From the human T2T-CHM13v2.0 reference genome, Homo sapiens: DNA of 64,000 nucleotides. The notes under the pieces were generated by a model. The model was given only the letters and a program-made list of their open reading frames with translations, made no database searches and was not told the DNA's origin. Shown piece by piece: positions 43,770 through 59,560 of the stretch. The stretch lies in NCBI RefSeq assembly GCF_009914755.1, contig NC_060930.1; one strand, 5' to 3'. A program made the position numbers and the translations under genes. The first letter of the stretch is position 1. Each line of letters begins with the position of its first letter.

Positions 43770-46700
43770 GCTCCACCTGTCCCCAGACAACTATTGATTT
43801 GCTTTGCGTCAGGTTAGTTTATATTTCTTAGAGTTTTATATAAAGGAAATTATGTAATATGTACTTTTTGGCCTGGCTTCTTGCCCTGAACATAATTATA
43901 ATGAGATTTATTCATGTTATTGCATGTATCAGTAGTTTATTGTTTTCCCTTGATGAATAGTAGTTCGTTTTACAGAAACCAAAATTTTATTTATCCATTC
44001 ACCTGTTGATGGATAATTAGGTTGTTTTCAATTGCTGGCTATTACAAATAAATCTGCTATAAACATTGGCATACAACTCCAAGTTCTTAAATAAACATAT
44101 GCTTCTATTTCTCTTGAATAAATACCTAGAATTGGAATGGCCTGATAAACATGTATGGGTATATTTAATTTTTAAGAAACTGCCAAACTATTTTCTAAAG
44201 TAGTTTGCCATTTTTATAATTCCACCTGTGGTGTAGCCAGTTGCCCCACATGGTCATCAACCCATAGTATGGTCCATTATTTTTTAAAATTTTAGACATT
44301 TTAATAGGTATGTAATGGTATCTCATTGTGCATTTATTTTGTATTTTCCTAATAATTATGATGTTGAATATTTTTTCCGTGTGCTCGTTTACCATATGTA
44401 TATCTTCTCTGGGACAGTGTTCAAGTTTTTTGCCCATGTATATGGGTTTCTTATTAGTGAGTTTTGAAAGTTCATTATAGATTTTGGATAAAAGTTCAGT
44501 ATTATACATATTCTTTGCAATTATTTTCTCTCAGCCTGTGGCTTGTCTTTTTATATTCTTTTAAAAATGTTTTCAAAGGGCAATGTTTTAAAATTTTGAT
44601 GAAGTTTAACTTATCAATATTTTCTTTAATAGATCAAAAGTTTAGTGCTTTATCCAAGGTAATTTTGCCAAACTTAAAGTCATAGTGATTTCTTTTATGT
44701 TTTCTCACAGAAATGTTAAAAGTTTTAGAATTTACTTTTGTTCTATGGCCAAGTTGAGTAGTTTTGGTATTTGGAATGAGTATGGACTAAGTTAAGATTT
44801 TTTGGCATAGGGATATCTGGTTGTTTCAGTTCCATTCATTGAAAAGCCTATCATTGATCTACTGAGTCAATTTTGCTTCTTTGGAAAAAATCAAATATAT
44901 ATGTCTACCTCTGAGCTCTCTATTCTGTTCCATTAATATATTTGTCTAAGTTTAATACCACCCTGTCGTTGTTACTATAGCTTTGTAATCGTTTTTTAAA
45001 TCAAATAATGTTTTTCTTTCTACTTTATTTTTTCAAAATTGTTTAGGCTATTCTAGGTCTTTGCACATCCATATGAATTTTAGATCTCCATCTCATTTTC
45101 TAAAAACAAACACAACCCTGAGATTTTGATTGAGATCATGGTTAGTCTATAGATCTTTTTGGTGAAAACTGTCTTCTTCACAATATTGAGCCTTCCAATC
45201 TAGGAGAAATCATATCTTTCCATTTATTTAGATCTTCTTTAATTTCTCTCTGCAATGTTACAGAGATTTCACTGTACAAGTCTAATCTATGTTTTGTCAT
45301 ATACAAATGTGTTCCTATTTTTGATGCTGTTGCAAACTATATTGTTTTTGAATCTCAATTTCTAAGTGTTTGTTGCTAGTATATAGAACTATGATTGCTT
45401 TTTTGTATTTATCTTGTATCCTGAAACATTATAAAACTCATTAGTTCTGGTAGCTTATTTGTAGATTCTATTGATTTTTCTACATGAACAAACATATGAA
45501 CTGTACACAAAGACAGTTTTACTTCTTCGTTTATCAGGCCGTACGGCATTATTTTCTTTCTTGCTTTATTCCACTCTCTAGAACCACTAGTGCAATGTTA
45601 AACAGAGTTAAAAATAGACATTCTTCTTTTGATTCTGAACTTAGGGGTAAAGCATCTGGTCTTCCATGAATAAATATGATGTTAACCATAATTTTCTCAA
45701 CAATAATGTTTGTCAGGTTAAGAAAGTTTTCTTTCATTCAAAGTTCTCTGAGAGTTTTCATCTGGAGTGGATGTTTGGCTTTGTCAAGTGTTTTTCTTTA
45801 TTAATACGATCAGCTGTTTGCTTATAAAACATGTTTTAATATGGTGAATTATACTGATTTATTTTGAATGTTAAACCAAGCCTGCATTGGTTTTGAATTG
45901 ATATCATTTTGTTAAAAAATTGCACATCTCTGTTCGTGATGTGTATTGGTTTGTAGTTTTATTTTCTTATAATGTCTTTGTGTATTTTCATGATCAGGGA
46001 AAAGCTGGCCTCAGGGAATGAGAGATACCTTCTTTACATTTTTCTGAATAAATTGGGGTATAATTCATATGACTTCATTTTTAAATGCTTGGTAGAATTT
46101 TCTAATGAAATCATCTGAGCCTAGAGTTTTCTTTGTGAAAAGTTTTAAACTATAAATTCAATTTATGTTGACCATTTCTTTTTGAATGGGCTTTGGTACT
46201 TTGTGTTATTTGCTGCATAAACGTTTAGGATTGTTATGTCCTTTTGACACATTGATGCTTTTATCATTATGAAATTATATTTTGTAGCCCTGGCAATATC
46301 CTTTGCTCAGAAACCTGCCTTGTCTGATACTAATCCAGACACTGAAGCTTTATTTTTGTATTATTACCATGGTATATATTTTTCAGTCTTGTATTTTTGA
46401 CTTATATTTGTCTTTGTATTTAAAATACATTTATTCTATGCAATATATTGTTGGGTCTTGTGTTTTTTTAAAAAATCAATACAACAATCTTTATCTTTTA
46501 CTTAGGGTGTTTAGGCCATTTGTATTTAAAGTGATTATTGATTTGATTAATTGTTCATCTATTATCCTGCTATTTGTTTTCTACTTTTCCCCTTGGTTAT
46601 TTATTTTTCTTCTTTTTCTGTCTTCCTTTGTATTTTAAAAAATTATTTTATTGTATTTCTTTTATTGGCATATTAGTTAATAACTAGTTTTGTCATTTCA

Positions 46701-48625
46701 GTTGTTGCTTTAGGGTTCATAATATACATCTTTAACTTATCACAGCCTACCTTCAAACAATATTTTAGCACTTAATATGTAGTATAAGGACAATACTTTC
46801 ATGTCTTCCCTTCCATAAATAGCCTTTATGATATTGTTGTCATATATTTCAAGTATACATATGTTATAAACACTACAATACATTGTTGTTATTTTTGCTA
46901 AAGTGTCAGATATTTTAACAGAGGTTTAAATAATAAGAAAAATATTGTATCTATTTACTCACATAGTTATCATTTCTAGTGGTGCTTGTTCTTTGTACAG
47001 ATCCAGATTTTCATGCAGCATCATTTTCCTTCTGCCTGAAGTACTTCCTGTAACAGTTCTTTTAGTGATAGTTTTCTGGTGATGAATTCTTTCAGTTTTT
47101 ATATATCCTCACCTTTGATTTTAAATATATTTCTGATGTCTAATGAATTTTATACTGAGTTTTCTTTCAGTGTTTTTTGTGTTTTTCCACTATCTTACCA
47201 GCCTGAATTTTTTACAGTAAGAAATCTGCTGTCATCCTCATCTTTATTTCTTTTTACATGGTGTGTCTTTTTTATCTCACTACCTTTAAGATTTTTCTTG
47301 TTATCAATGATTTTGAACAATTTTATTAGTTGTGTATTAGTATAATCTTTATCTTTCTTGTGCTTAGGATTTGTTCAGCCTCTTGTATTTGTGTATCTAT
47401 AATTTCATAAACTTTGGAAACATATTTGGTCATTATATTTTCAAATTTTTTTTTCTGTTCTTTCTCCTTTCTATCCTTTGGAGACACCATTTACACATAT
47501 ATGAATACATTTGATGTTGTCCTAGCTCAATGATGCTTCTTTTATTTTGATTCTTTTTTCTCTTTCAAGGTTTTTTTCAAGTAGTTTCTATTGTTATATC
47601 TTTAAGTTTACTAATTATTTATTCTTCAATGGCTGGCATTAATCTGACATTGATTCAATTCTGTGTATTTTTCATCTCAGACATTACAATTTTCATCACT
47701 AGGAGCTTGATTTGTATTTTTACATTATTCATGTCTCTACTTCTCAAATATATGGAAGATGTTTTAATGTTTTTTTAATGATCTTGTCTGCTAATTCTAA
47801 TATCAATATCACATCTGAGTCAGTTTCAATCAGGTGAGATTCCCCATTATGGGTTATATTTTCCTGTTTCTGTGTATGCCCTTTGATTGGGTATCAGATA
47901 TTGTGAATTCTGCCTTGTTGAGTCCTGGAAATTTTTGTATACATATAAATACTCCTAAGTTGTGTTCTGAGATACAGCTAAGTTATTGGAAACAGCTGGA
48001 TTCTTTCATGTTGTGTGTATAATATTTTTAGATGTGATCATTTCAGTGGTTAGTCTAGGGCTAATTGTTCTTCATTACTATTCAAGACCAGTCTGAGTAC
48101 TTTACTCAATGGCCTGAGAATTATGAGTTTTTTTCAGTCTGCTGGGGAGTATGAGTACTATTTTAAGCCCTGTATGACCACCAGGTACTGTTCCAATTCT
48201 TTTTCAAACATTAGATAGTGTTCTTACACACATGTGTTAGTCAGTACTCAGCTAAGTATTTGAAGGGACCCTCTGCAGATCTTCAGAGTTGTCCCCATGT
48301 GCAGTTCTCTCCTTTCCATTACTTGTACACACTCTAGCTGTGTCTCTCTGGATGCTCAGTTCCATCTAATCAACTCTGAAATTCTGCTAGGGTCCACTTG
48401 GGTTAAATCCTCCCTTCACTGCATCCTAGATATTCACTCAAGGAAATGACCTGAGAGAATTGTAGGGATCCCCCCACTTGCATGCCATTTCTCAGAGATT
48501 ATTGGTTTTTATTACCTGATGGGTGGTATCCTGAAAACTGTTCTGGAGATATCTTGTCTGGTCTTGTGACAATTTCAGATGGCAGAGCAAATCCAGTCCT
48601 TTTTAGTCTACCTTGACTGGAAGTG
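43770..48625 (-). mobile_element. Long old L1M (L1MB-L1ME range): 3' end, deleted ORF2, ORF1 and 5' region
   Basis: Antisense L1 motifs; the ORF at 44195-44509 gives a degenerate ORF2 C-terminus (KIYNELSKL..EDIHMVNEH..MRYHYIPIKM). Confidence 0.85.
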
Positions 48626-49412
48626 AAAATCCCGACTCATTTATTTTTAAAGTTTGCTTTTAAATGATAGGAAGATTGGTCTCTAGTATATCATTTTAGC
48701 TCACAGTATATTTTTATGGTAGATAATAGTAGCTTCAATTTATGCCTCGTAAATCATTGATGTAATTTTTCTGTCTGGTTATTTTCCTTATCCTTGTATT
48801 TAGGGATTCCCGTCAGATAGCTTTTGATTCACAGAAAAATGTTTGTTTAGATCATAATTTTTGCATTAAAATCTCCTTAAAAGTCTCTATTTTTACTAAT
48901 TCTTTTACATATTTTCTCAATTTTATAGCATCCTATTATTAATTTTCACCTTTCTTAAGACCTATATAACTACAATTAAAAAGATGCTGAACACTAGTCA
49001 AAAACAGCGGTGGCCATTATTTCCACATGTGATGTAAGTTTTTTAGGTTACAATTTTTTAATAAGTTGTAACAAAGTCAATTTTCTCATGAATACACTCA
49101 TTTTAGAGCAGGTGCACAGATTTTTAAAATGTAACTTAGTATTTATATACTCCAATCCAAGGTACATTTTGCCCTATATATTTATGAAAATCATTATTTA
49201 AATGAAGTGTTTTGCTTTCCTGGGGCAAGTATGACTCAGGAAAGATCTTCCCTGAAGCAATCTGACTATTAATATACTTCTTGGCAAGAGTCAAGGTCAT
49301 ATTTATAAGGGGGCATGTGATAGGTCAGTTCAAATTTTATCACATGTATATCTTCTCTTTTCATTGAAGTTTAATGTTGAGAAGCCTTAGTAATATCTTT
49401 TAACCTTTATTC

Positions 49413-49415
<3 letters not shown>

Positions 49416-49446
<31 letters not shown>
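49416..49446. repeat. Poly-T tract (T31) with no attached Alu or L1 body
   Basis: Direct reading. Confidence 0.95.
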
Positions 49447-49448
<2 letters not shown>

Positions 49449-49762
49449 CACAGACCTGTTGTTTAAGACCCAAACTCTTACTTGAACACTCAGTATGAAA
49501 AACATGAAAGCAGGCTGTGCACTGTTGGATTACTGACATCATGGAAGCACTGAACCAGGAGGTATTTATCCCTTTTGTACTATTTCACTGGTGTCTTTTG
49601 ATGTTACCAAAGTGTAGGCAGAGCACCCCATATTTTCTTAGACAGCCAGTAGTCAACATCTGATCCCAATCCAGAGTTGGTGTGGATGAGCAGTTAGAAT
49701 TATAAAGATTAAAAAGTTGTTTCCTGTCTCTTCCAAATTGTGTGATAGAATATGGAAGCTCT

Positions 49763-50130
<368 letters not shown>

Positions 50131-50204
50131 CTATGTGTGTTCATTCAATCAACTATTTTTGAGTATTATAAGTTGAATATTATAGAGAATATTATGGGAA
50201 GTGA

Positions 50205-50500
50205 GGCAGGCAAGTGGTTCACACCTGTAATTCTAACACTTTGGGAGGCTGAGGCAAATGGATTGCTTGAGCTAGGAGTTTGAGACCAGCCTAGGCAACA
50301 TGGCAAAACCCCATTTCTACAAAAATACAAAAATTAGCCAGGCAGGGTAGCATGTGCCTGTGGTTCCAGCTACTCAGGAGGCTGAAGTAGGAGGATCACT
50401 TGAGCCCAGGAGGTCAAGGCTGCAGTGAGCCAAGATCATGTCACTGTACTCTAGCCTTGGTGACAAAGTAAGATGCTGTCTTAAAACAAACAAACAAAAC
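50205..50500 (+). mobile_element. AluJ (Jr/Jo-like)
   Basis: ggattgcttgagc, ggatcacttgagcccaggaggtcaaggctgcagtgagcc; (CAAA)n tail; flanking aatattatggg repeats. Confidence 0.93.
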
Positions 50501-50900
50501 AATATTATGGGGGACTAAGAGAAATCGAATTTATGGCTCCTGGCTATAACTTTGAGTTCATCTTAAGCTCTAATGTCCTCATTCTTTATGAAATGAGAGT
50601 ATGAAACTGCATGTCAGCATTCAGTATGACAGGAGCATTGGAGCAGATTTGAAAAGGTGAGTTTCAATGTTTATAACTGCTTAGGGCATAAAACTGCCCA
50701 AATAGGTAGATCATCTAGTGATGCTTATATGGTATAATTTGTGAGCCAAAGATACCATAATTCCTCTGGTATAAAATGTGTTTTCTCCCTGCTGATCATA
50801 CGGAGATTTTAAATCACTATTGCATAAAATTAATTCCAACTTTTCTAAATTGGATCCACTGTCAATAAAAAACTGGACTACTATTTTCAGGGCAAATCTT

Positions 50901-51740
50901 TTATTTATTTATTCATTCATTTGTTTGTTTATTTATAATTTGGGTAAAATATACATATATAATTTATCATCTTTACCATTTTTAAGTGTACAGTTCAGTG
51001 GTAATAAGTATATTTATTTTTTTCCCTCTTTATCCCTCTCTCCTTCCTACCCTTTCTGACCTCGGCTAACCGCCATCCTAATGTCTGTCTTCATGAGATT
51101 CACTTTTTAACCTCCCACATGTGAGTGAGAACATGTGATATTTGTTTCTCTGGGTTTGGGTTATTTTACTTATTATAATGGCCTCCAGTTCCACGTATGT
51201 TGCTGCAAATGATATGATTTCCTTCTTCTTATGACTAATATTCCCTTGTGTATATGTATCACATTTTCTTCATCCATTCACATGTTGATGGGCACTTACA
51301 TTGATTTCGTATTTTGGTTGGTGTAAATATTGCTACAATAAACATGGGAGGGCAGACAATACTTTGAGCCTGGAATTTCATTTCCTTTGGATATATACCC
51401 AGTAGTATAATTGCTGGATCATATGGTAGTTATAGTTTTAGTTTTCTTGAGAAACTTCTAGACCATTATCCATAGTGGCTGTACTAATTTACATTCCCAC
51501 CAACAGTATACTAGGGTTTCCCCTTCTCCATATCCTCACAGCATCTATTATTGCCTGTCTTTTTGATACAAGCCATTTTAACTGAGGTAAAATAATATCT
51601 CATTCTGACACTGATTTGCATTTCTCTGATGGTTAGAGCTGTTGGGCAGTTTTTCACATACCTGTTGGCCATTCATATGTCTTCTTTTGAGAAGTATTTT
51701 TTCAGATCTTTTGCCCATTTTTATTGGATTATTTCTTTTT
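50901..51740 (-). mobile_element. L1MA-type 3' end
   Basis: T-rich tail, ctcccacatgtgagtgagaacatg, tttcctttggatatatacccagtag, acattcccaccaacagt. Confidence 0.85.
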
Positions 51741-51935
51741 CTTAATAATTTCAACTTTTATGTTAGATTCATAGAGTACACGCGCAGTTTAGTTACATGG
51801 GTATGTTGTGTGACACTGAGGTTTGGGGTAAGAATGATCCCAACACCCAGGTAGTGAGCACTATGTCCAATAGGTAGTTCATCCCTTACCCCCCTTTCCA
51901 ATCCTCTCTAGTAGTCCCTATTATCTATTGTTTAT
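51741..51935 (-). mobile_element. L1PA15/16-like 3'-end fragment
   Basis: tttcaacttttatgttagattca..gttacatgggtat..gaggtttgggg..acccaggtagtgagca. Confidence 0.8.
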
Positions 51936-51939
51936 TTTC

Positions 51940-54103
<2,164 letters not shown>

Positions 54104-54454
54104 AACACTGAGATTTTTACCAGCAATGTACCATAACTCAAGTATAAGGATGAAATAGTTCCCACAGCCACAGAGAAGTGAAAAAATTTCAAGCAGAGGG
54201 TAAGAGAATCAGACTTCTACATCCACAATGCCCGATCTCCCATTCTGCTTGGTAGCAAATGCTTGGAAAGTCTCCTCCAACTCATAGTTTCTAAACTGGA
54301 AAGTGTCAGATTGAGGCTGTTAGCCATTTTACCCCATCTTGGGTGCCTTTTCAGCAGACTCATCTTTGCTTTAAGCCAAGAGTTCTGGGAGCATTATAAG
54401 TATGTGAAGAGAGAAAAATCCCTGAGGACAGCCAGAGACAAAGGAAAGAACTAC

Positions 54455-55258
54455 TGAGAGGTGAAGTTGGCTGGGCTTCCGGGTGGGGTGGGGACTTGGA
54501 GAACTTTTCTGTCTAGTTAGAGGATTGCAAACACACCAATCAGCGCTCTGTGTCTAGCTAAAGGTTTGTAAACACACCAATCAGCTCTCTGTAAAAATAG
54601 ACCAATAAGCACTCTGTAAAATGGACCAATCAGTGCTCTGTAAAATGGACCAGTCAGCACTCTGTAAAATGGACCAATAAGCAGGATGTGAATGGGGCCA
54701 AATAAGGGAATAAAAGCTGGCCACCCAAGCCAGCAGTGGCAACCCACTGGGGTCCCCTTCCATGCTGTGGAAGCTTTGTTCTTTCGCTCTTCACAATAAA
54801 TCTTGCTGCTGCTCACTCTTTGGGTCCGCACTACCTTTAAGAGCTGTAACACTCACCGCGAAGGTCTGCATCTTCAATCCTGAAGTCAGCGAGACCATGA
54901 ACCGACTGGGAGGAACAAACAACTCTGAATGTGCCACCTTTAAGAGCTGTAACACTCACTGTGAAGGTCTGCAGCTTCACTCCTGAAGCCAGCGAGACCA
55001 TGAACCCACCAGGAGGAATGAACAACTCTGGACGCACCACCTTTAAGAGCTGTAACACTCATGGCGAAGGTCTGCAGCTTCAGTCCTGAAGTCAGCAAGA
55101 CCACGAACCCACTGGAAGGAAGAAACTCCAGGCACATCTGAACATTTGAAGGAACAAACTCAGGACATGCCATTTTTAAGAACTGTAACACTTACTGCAA
55201 GGTCCGGGGCTTCATTCTTGAAGTCAGTGAGATCAAGGACTCACCAATTCTGGACACA
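54455..55258 (+). promoter_or_regulatory. 5' LTR12 (804 bp) with a tandem CCAAT (NF-Y) array
   Basis: tgagaggtgaag start; repeats of accaat(c/a)agcactctgtaaaatgg; AATAAAA TATA-like box; caataaa poly(A) signal; ~103-bp U5 repeats; ends ggacaca. Confidence 0.93.
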
Positions 55259-55261
55259 TTT

Positions 55262-55279
55262 TGGTGACCATGAAGGGAC
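55262..55279 (+). other. Primer-binding site, tRNA-Arg
   Basis: TGGTGACCATGAAGGGAC equals TGGCGACCACGAAGGGAC with two CpG-type transitions. Confidence 0.8.
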
Positions 55280-56227
55280 AATCACCAAGTAGTGAGTACC
55301 ATCGGACCCCTTTCACTTGCTATTCTGTCCTATCTTTCCTTAGAATTCGGGGGCTAAATACCAGGCACCTGCCAGCCAGTTAAAAGTGACTAGTGCAGTG
55401 ACCAGACTAAAGACACGGGTGTCAGCCTTTCTGGGAAAGGGCTCTCTAACAACCCCCGACTCTTTGGAGTTGGGAGTGTTTGTTTGCCTAGAACCAGCTT
55501 CCGCTTTTCCTGTACTTCTGGGCTGAGCTGAGGGTTGACAGAGAGGAAAGCCATTCAGCTCCAGGGTCCTGACAATAAGTTGGTTGACACTGTGGCCATG
55601 AGCAGAACTCTCAAAGTCACGTCACCCAAGTGAGACTCTCCCCTCTATCCTATCTATCCTAATCCTTGCCTCCTGGGTCCTAATGTTTGTCAGGCAAACT
55701 TTCTCTCACCTCTCTTCTCTGAGGATAGTCCTGCTTCTAGAAACCACACCCTGTCTCTGGTGCTTTTCTAGTTTATCTTATAAGAATGATTTCTAGTATA
55801 AACTTCAGGACTCTGTTACCTTCTTTAGGCACCTGGGCTCACCAATCAGAAAGACATAATTTTTGCCCAAAGCTCCATTGTAGGGGGACTATCTGGAATT
55901 TTAGGATCCCTCCTCAGACAAGCAGATCTAATAAAAGCTATTCCTGAAGCTAGGATATGGGGAGCTTCAGAAATTCTATCTTTCCTATTCATATAAGTGA
56001 GGACAAAAGGCATCACCCTTCCAACACTGGAAATCCCTTCCCTCCCTCAGGGTATAGCCCTCCACTTCATTTTTGGGGCATAACATCTTTATAGGGCATG
56101 AGTAAAATCCCAATACTAAAAGGAGAATGCTTAGGACTCTAACTCTAACAGGTTTTCGAGAATGCATCAGTAAAGGCCACTAAATCCAACCTTCCCCAGT
56201 CCTCCTTGTGGTCTAGGAGGAAAACTA

Positions 56228-56388
56228 GTGTTTCTGCTGCTGCGTCAGTGAATGCAACTATTCTGTTCAGCAGGGTCCAGGGGCCATTGCAGATTCTTGG
56301 GCAAGAGGTGTTTCTGCTGCTGCATTAGTGAGCACAACTATTCCGATCAGCAGGGTCCAGGGACCATTGCAAGTTCTTGGGTGGGGGA
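56228..56388 (+). repeat. 80-bp tandem duplication in the HERV9 leader
   Basis: gtgtttctgctgctgc...cagcagggtccaggg.ccattgc..ttcttggg at 56228 and 56308. Confidence 0.85.
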
Positions 56389-56437
56389 GAAACAAACAAA
56401 AAAACAAACCAAAACTGCAGGCAGTTTTGTCCTTCAG

Positions 56438-57887
56438 ATGGGAAACACTCAGGCATCAACAGACTCACCCTTGAAATGCATCCTAAGCCATTGGGACCAA
56501 TTTGACCCACAAACCCTGAAAAAGAGGCGGCTCTTTTTTTCTGCACTACAGCTTGGCCCCAATATTCTCTCTCTGATAGGGAAAAATGGCCACCTGAGGG
56601 AAGTATAAATTACAATACTATACTGCAGCTTGACCTTTTCTGTAAGAGGGAAGGCAAATTGAGTGAAATACCTTATGTCCAAGCTTTCTTTTCACTGAAG
56701 GAGAATACATGCAAAGCTTGCAATTTATATCCCACAGGAGGACCTCTCAGCTTACCTCCATATCCTAGCCTCCCTATAGCTCCCCTTCCTGTTAGTGATA
56801 AGCCTCCTGTAATCTCCCCTTCCCAGAAGGAAATAAGCAAAGAAATCTCCAAAGGACCATAAAACCCCCTGGGCTATCGGTTATGTCCCCTTCAAGCTGT
56901 AGGGGGAGGGGAATTTGGCCCAACCCGGGTACATGTCTCCTTCTCCCTCTTTGATTTAAAGCAGACCAAGGCAGACCTGGGGAAGTTTTCAGATGATCCT
57001 GATAGGTATATAGATGTCCTACAGGGTCTAGGGCAAACTTTCTATCTCACTTGGAGAAATGTCATGCTATTGTTAGATCAAACCCTGGCCTTCAATGAAA
57101 AGAATGCAGCTTTAGCTGCAGCCCGAGCATTTGGAGATACCTGGTATCTTAGTCAAGTAAATGATAGAATGACAGCTGAAGAAAGGGACAAATTCCCTAC
57201 TGGTCAGCAAGCTGTCCCCAATATGGATCCGCACTGGGATCTAGACTCAGATCATGGGGACTGGAGTCATAAACATCTGCTGACCTGTGTTCTAGAAGGA
57301 CTAAGGAGAATTATGAAAAAGCCCATGAATTATTCAATGATGTCCACCATGACTCAGAGAAAGGAAGAAAATCCTCTGCCTTCCTCGAGTGGCTATGGGA
57401 GGCCTTAAGAAAATATACTCCCCTGTCACCCAACTCACTAGAGGGCCAATTGATCCTAAAAGGTAAGTTTATTACCCAGTCAGCCACAAATCAGGAGAAA
57501 GCTCCAAAAGTGAGCCCTGGGCCCTGGACAAAATCTAGAGGCATTATTAAACCTGGCAACCTTGGTGTTCTATAATAGGGACCAAGAGGAACAGGCCCAA
57601 AAGTAAAAGCGAGATCAGAGAAAGGCCACAGCCTTAGTCATGGCCCTCAGACAAACAAACCTTGGTGGTTCAAGGAGGACAGAAAATGGAGAAGGCCAAT
57701 CACCTGGTAGGGCTTGTTGTCAGTGTGGTTTACAAGGACACTTTAAAAAAGATTGTCCAATGAGAAACAAGCCGCTCCCAGTCCATGTCCGCTATGCTGA
57801 GGCAATCACTGGAAGGTGCACTGCCCTAGAGGACAAAGGTTCTCTGGGTAAGAAGCCCCCAACCAGATGATCCAACAACAGGACTGA
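56438..57887 (+). pseudogene. HERV9 gag (frameshifts and stops)
   Basis: [56 protein letters not shown], zinc knuckle CCQCGLQGHFKKDC, ends CAGGACTGA. Confidence 0.9.
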
Positions 57888-59190
57888 GGGTGCCCAGGGC
57901 AAGCGCCAGCTCATGTCACCCTCACTGAGTCCCGGGTATGTTTAAGCATTGAAGGCCAGGAAATTGACTTCCTCCTGGACACTGGTGCGGCCTTCTCAGT
58001 GTTAATCTCATGTCCGGGACAACTGTCCTCAAGGTCTGTTACCATTCAAGGAACCCTGGGACAGCCTGTAACCAGGTATTTCTCCCACCTCCTCAGTTGT
58101 AATTGGGAGACTTTGCTCTTTTCACATGCCTTTCTTGTTATGCTTGAAAGTCCCACACCCTTATTAAGGGGGGATATATTAGCCAAACCTGGAGCTATTA
58201 TCTACATGAATATGGGGAACTAGTTACCCATTTGTTGTCCCCTGCTTGAGGAGGGAATCAACCCTGAAGTCTGGGCATTGGAAGGAACAAACTCAATCCC
58301 CAGCCTTAAGCCTTCCCACAGGAGAAAACTTCTCTTTATATGTCACAAGGAGAGCAGGAATAACTCTTGGAGTCCTTACTCAGACTCGTGGGACAACCCC
58401 ACATCAGTGGCACACCTAAGTAAGGAAATTGATGTAGTAGCAAAAGGCTGGCCTCACTGTTTAAGGGTAGTTGCAGCAGTGGCTGTCTTAGTGTCAGAGG
58501 CTATCAAAATCACACAAGGAAAGGATCTCACTGTCTGGACTACTCATGATGTAAATGGCATACTAGGTGCCAAAGGAAGTTTATGGCTATCAGACGACTG
58601 CCTACTTAGATACCAGGCACTACTCCTTGAGGGACCAGTGCTTCAAATATGCACATGTGCAACCCTCAACCCTGCCACTTTTCTCCCAGAGGATGGGGAA
58701 CCAATCAAGCATGACTGCCAACAACTTATAGTCTAGACTTATGCTGCCCAAGATGATCTCTTAGAAGTCCCCTTAGCTAATCCTGACCTTAACCTATATA
58801 CCGATGAAAGTTCATTTGTGGAGAATGGGATATGAAGGGCAGCTTATGCCATAGTTAAGGTGATGTAACTGTACTTGAAAGTAAGCCTCTTCTCCCAGGG
58901 ACCAGCACCCAGTTAGGAGAACTAGTGGCACTTACCCAAGCCTTAGAACTGGGAAAGGGAAGAAGAATAAATGTGTATACAGATAGTATGCTTATCTAAG
59001 CCTACATGACCATGCTGCAATATGGAAAGAAAGGGAGTTCCTAACCTCTGGGGGAACCCCCATTAACTGCCACAAGGAAATCATGGAGTTATTGCACTCA
59101 TGCAAAAACCCAAGGAGGTGGCAGTCTTACACTGCTGAAGCCAACAGAAAAGGGAAGGAGAGGGGAGAACAGCACCATAAGCGGCTGGCA
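57888..59190 (+). pseudogene. HERV9 pro-pol: protease, RT largely deleted, connection and RNaseH remnants
   Basis: FLLDTGAAFSVLI (DTG at 57978); jump near 58290 to VAHLSKEIDVVAKGWPHCLR; RNaseH-like [20 protein letters not shown]. Confidence 0.88.
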
Positions 59191-59194
59191 GAGG

Positions 59195-59560
59195 CAAGGA
59201 AAGACCAGCAGAGAGAAAGAGAGAGACAAAGTCAAAAACAGAAGGAAAGAGAGAAAGAGACAGAAACAGCCGGAGAGAAAGAGAGAGAAAGAGACAGAAC
59301 CAGAGAGAAAGAGAGAGAGACAGAAACAGCCAGAGAGAAAGAGAGAGAAAGAGACAGAAAGAACCAGAGAGAAAGAGAGAGGAAGAGACAGAAAGAGAGA
59401 GAAAGAGAGAGGAAGAGACAGAGAGACAAAGAGGGAGAGAGAGAAAGAGAAAGGAAGTCAAAGAGAAGGAGACAGAGAGGAAGAGACAGAGAGACAGAAA
59501 GTCAAAGAGAGAGACAGAGAGGAAGAGACAGAAGAAGTCAAAGAGAAAGAGAGATATAAG
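59195..59560 (+). repeat. GA-rich low-complexity tract inside HERV9 with ~60-bp and ~30-bp internal periodicity
   Basis: Repeated gagagaaagagagagaaagagacagaaacagcc units. Confidence 0.92.

Noticed and set aside
54530-55200. Regular 24-bp and 103-bp repeats that might suggest a CRISPR-like array
   Set aside because: Head-to-tail degenerate repeats with no unique spacers, inside LTR12; no cas genes; primate DNA.
59081-59559. 158-aa R/E/K-rich ORF and antisense L/S-rich ORFs
   Set aside because: Open only because the GA-rich tract lacks T, so it has no stop codons; begins in a frameshifted RNaseH remnant.
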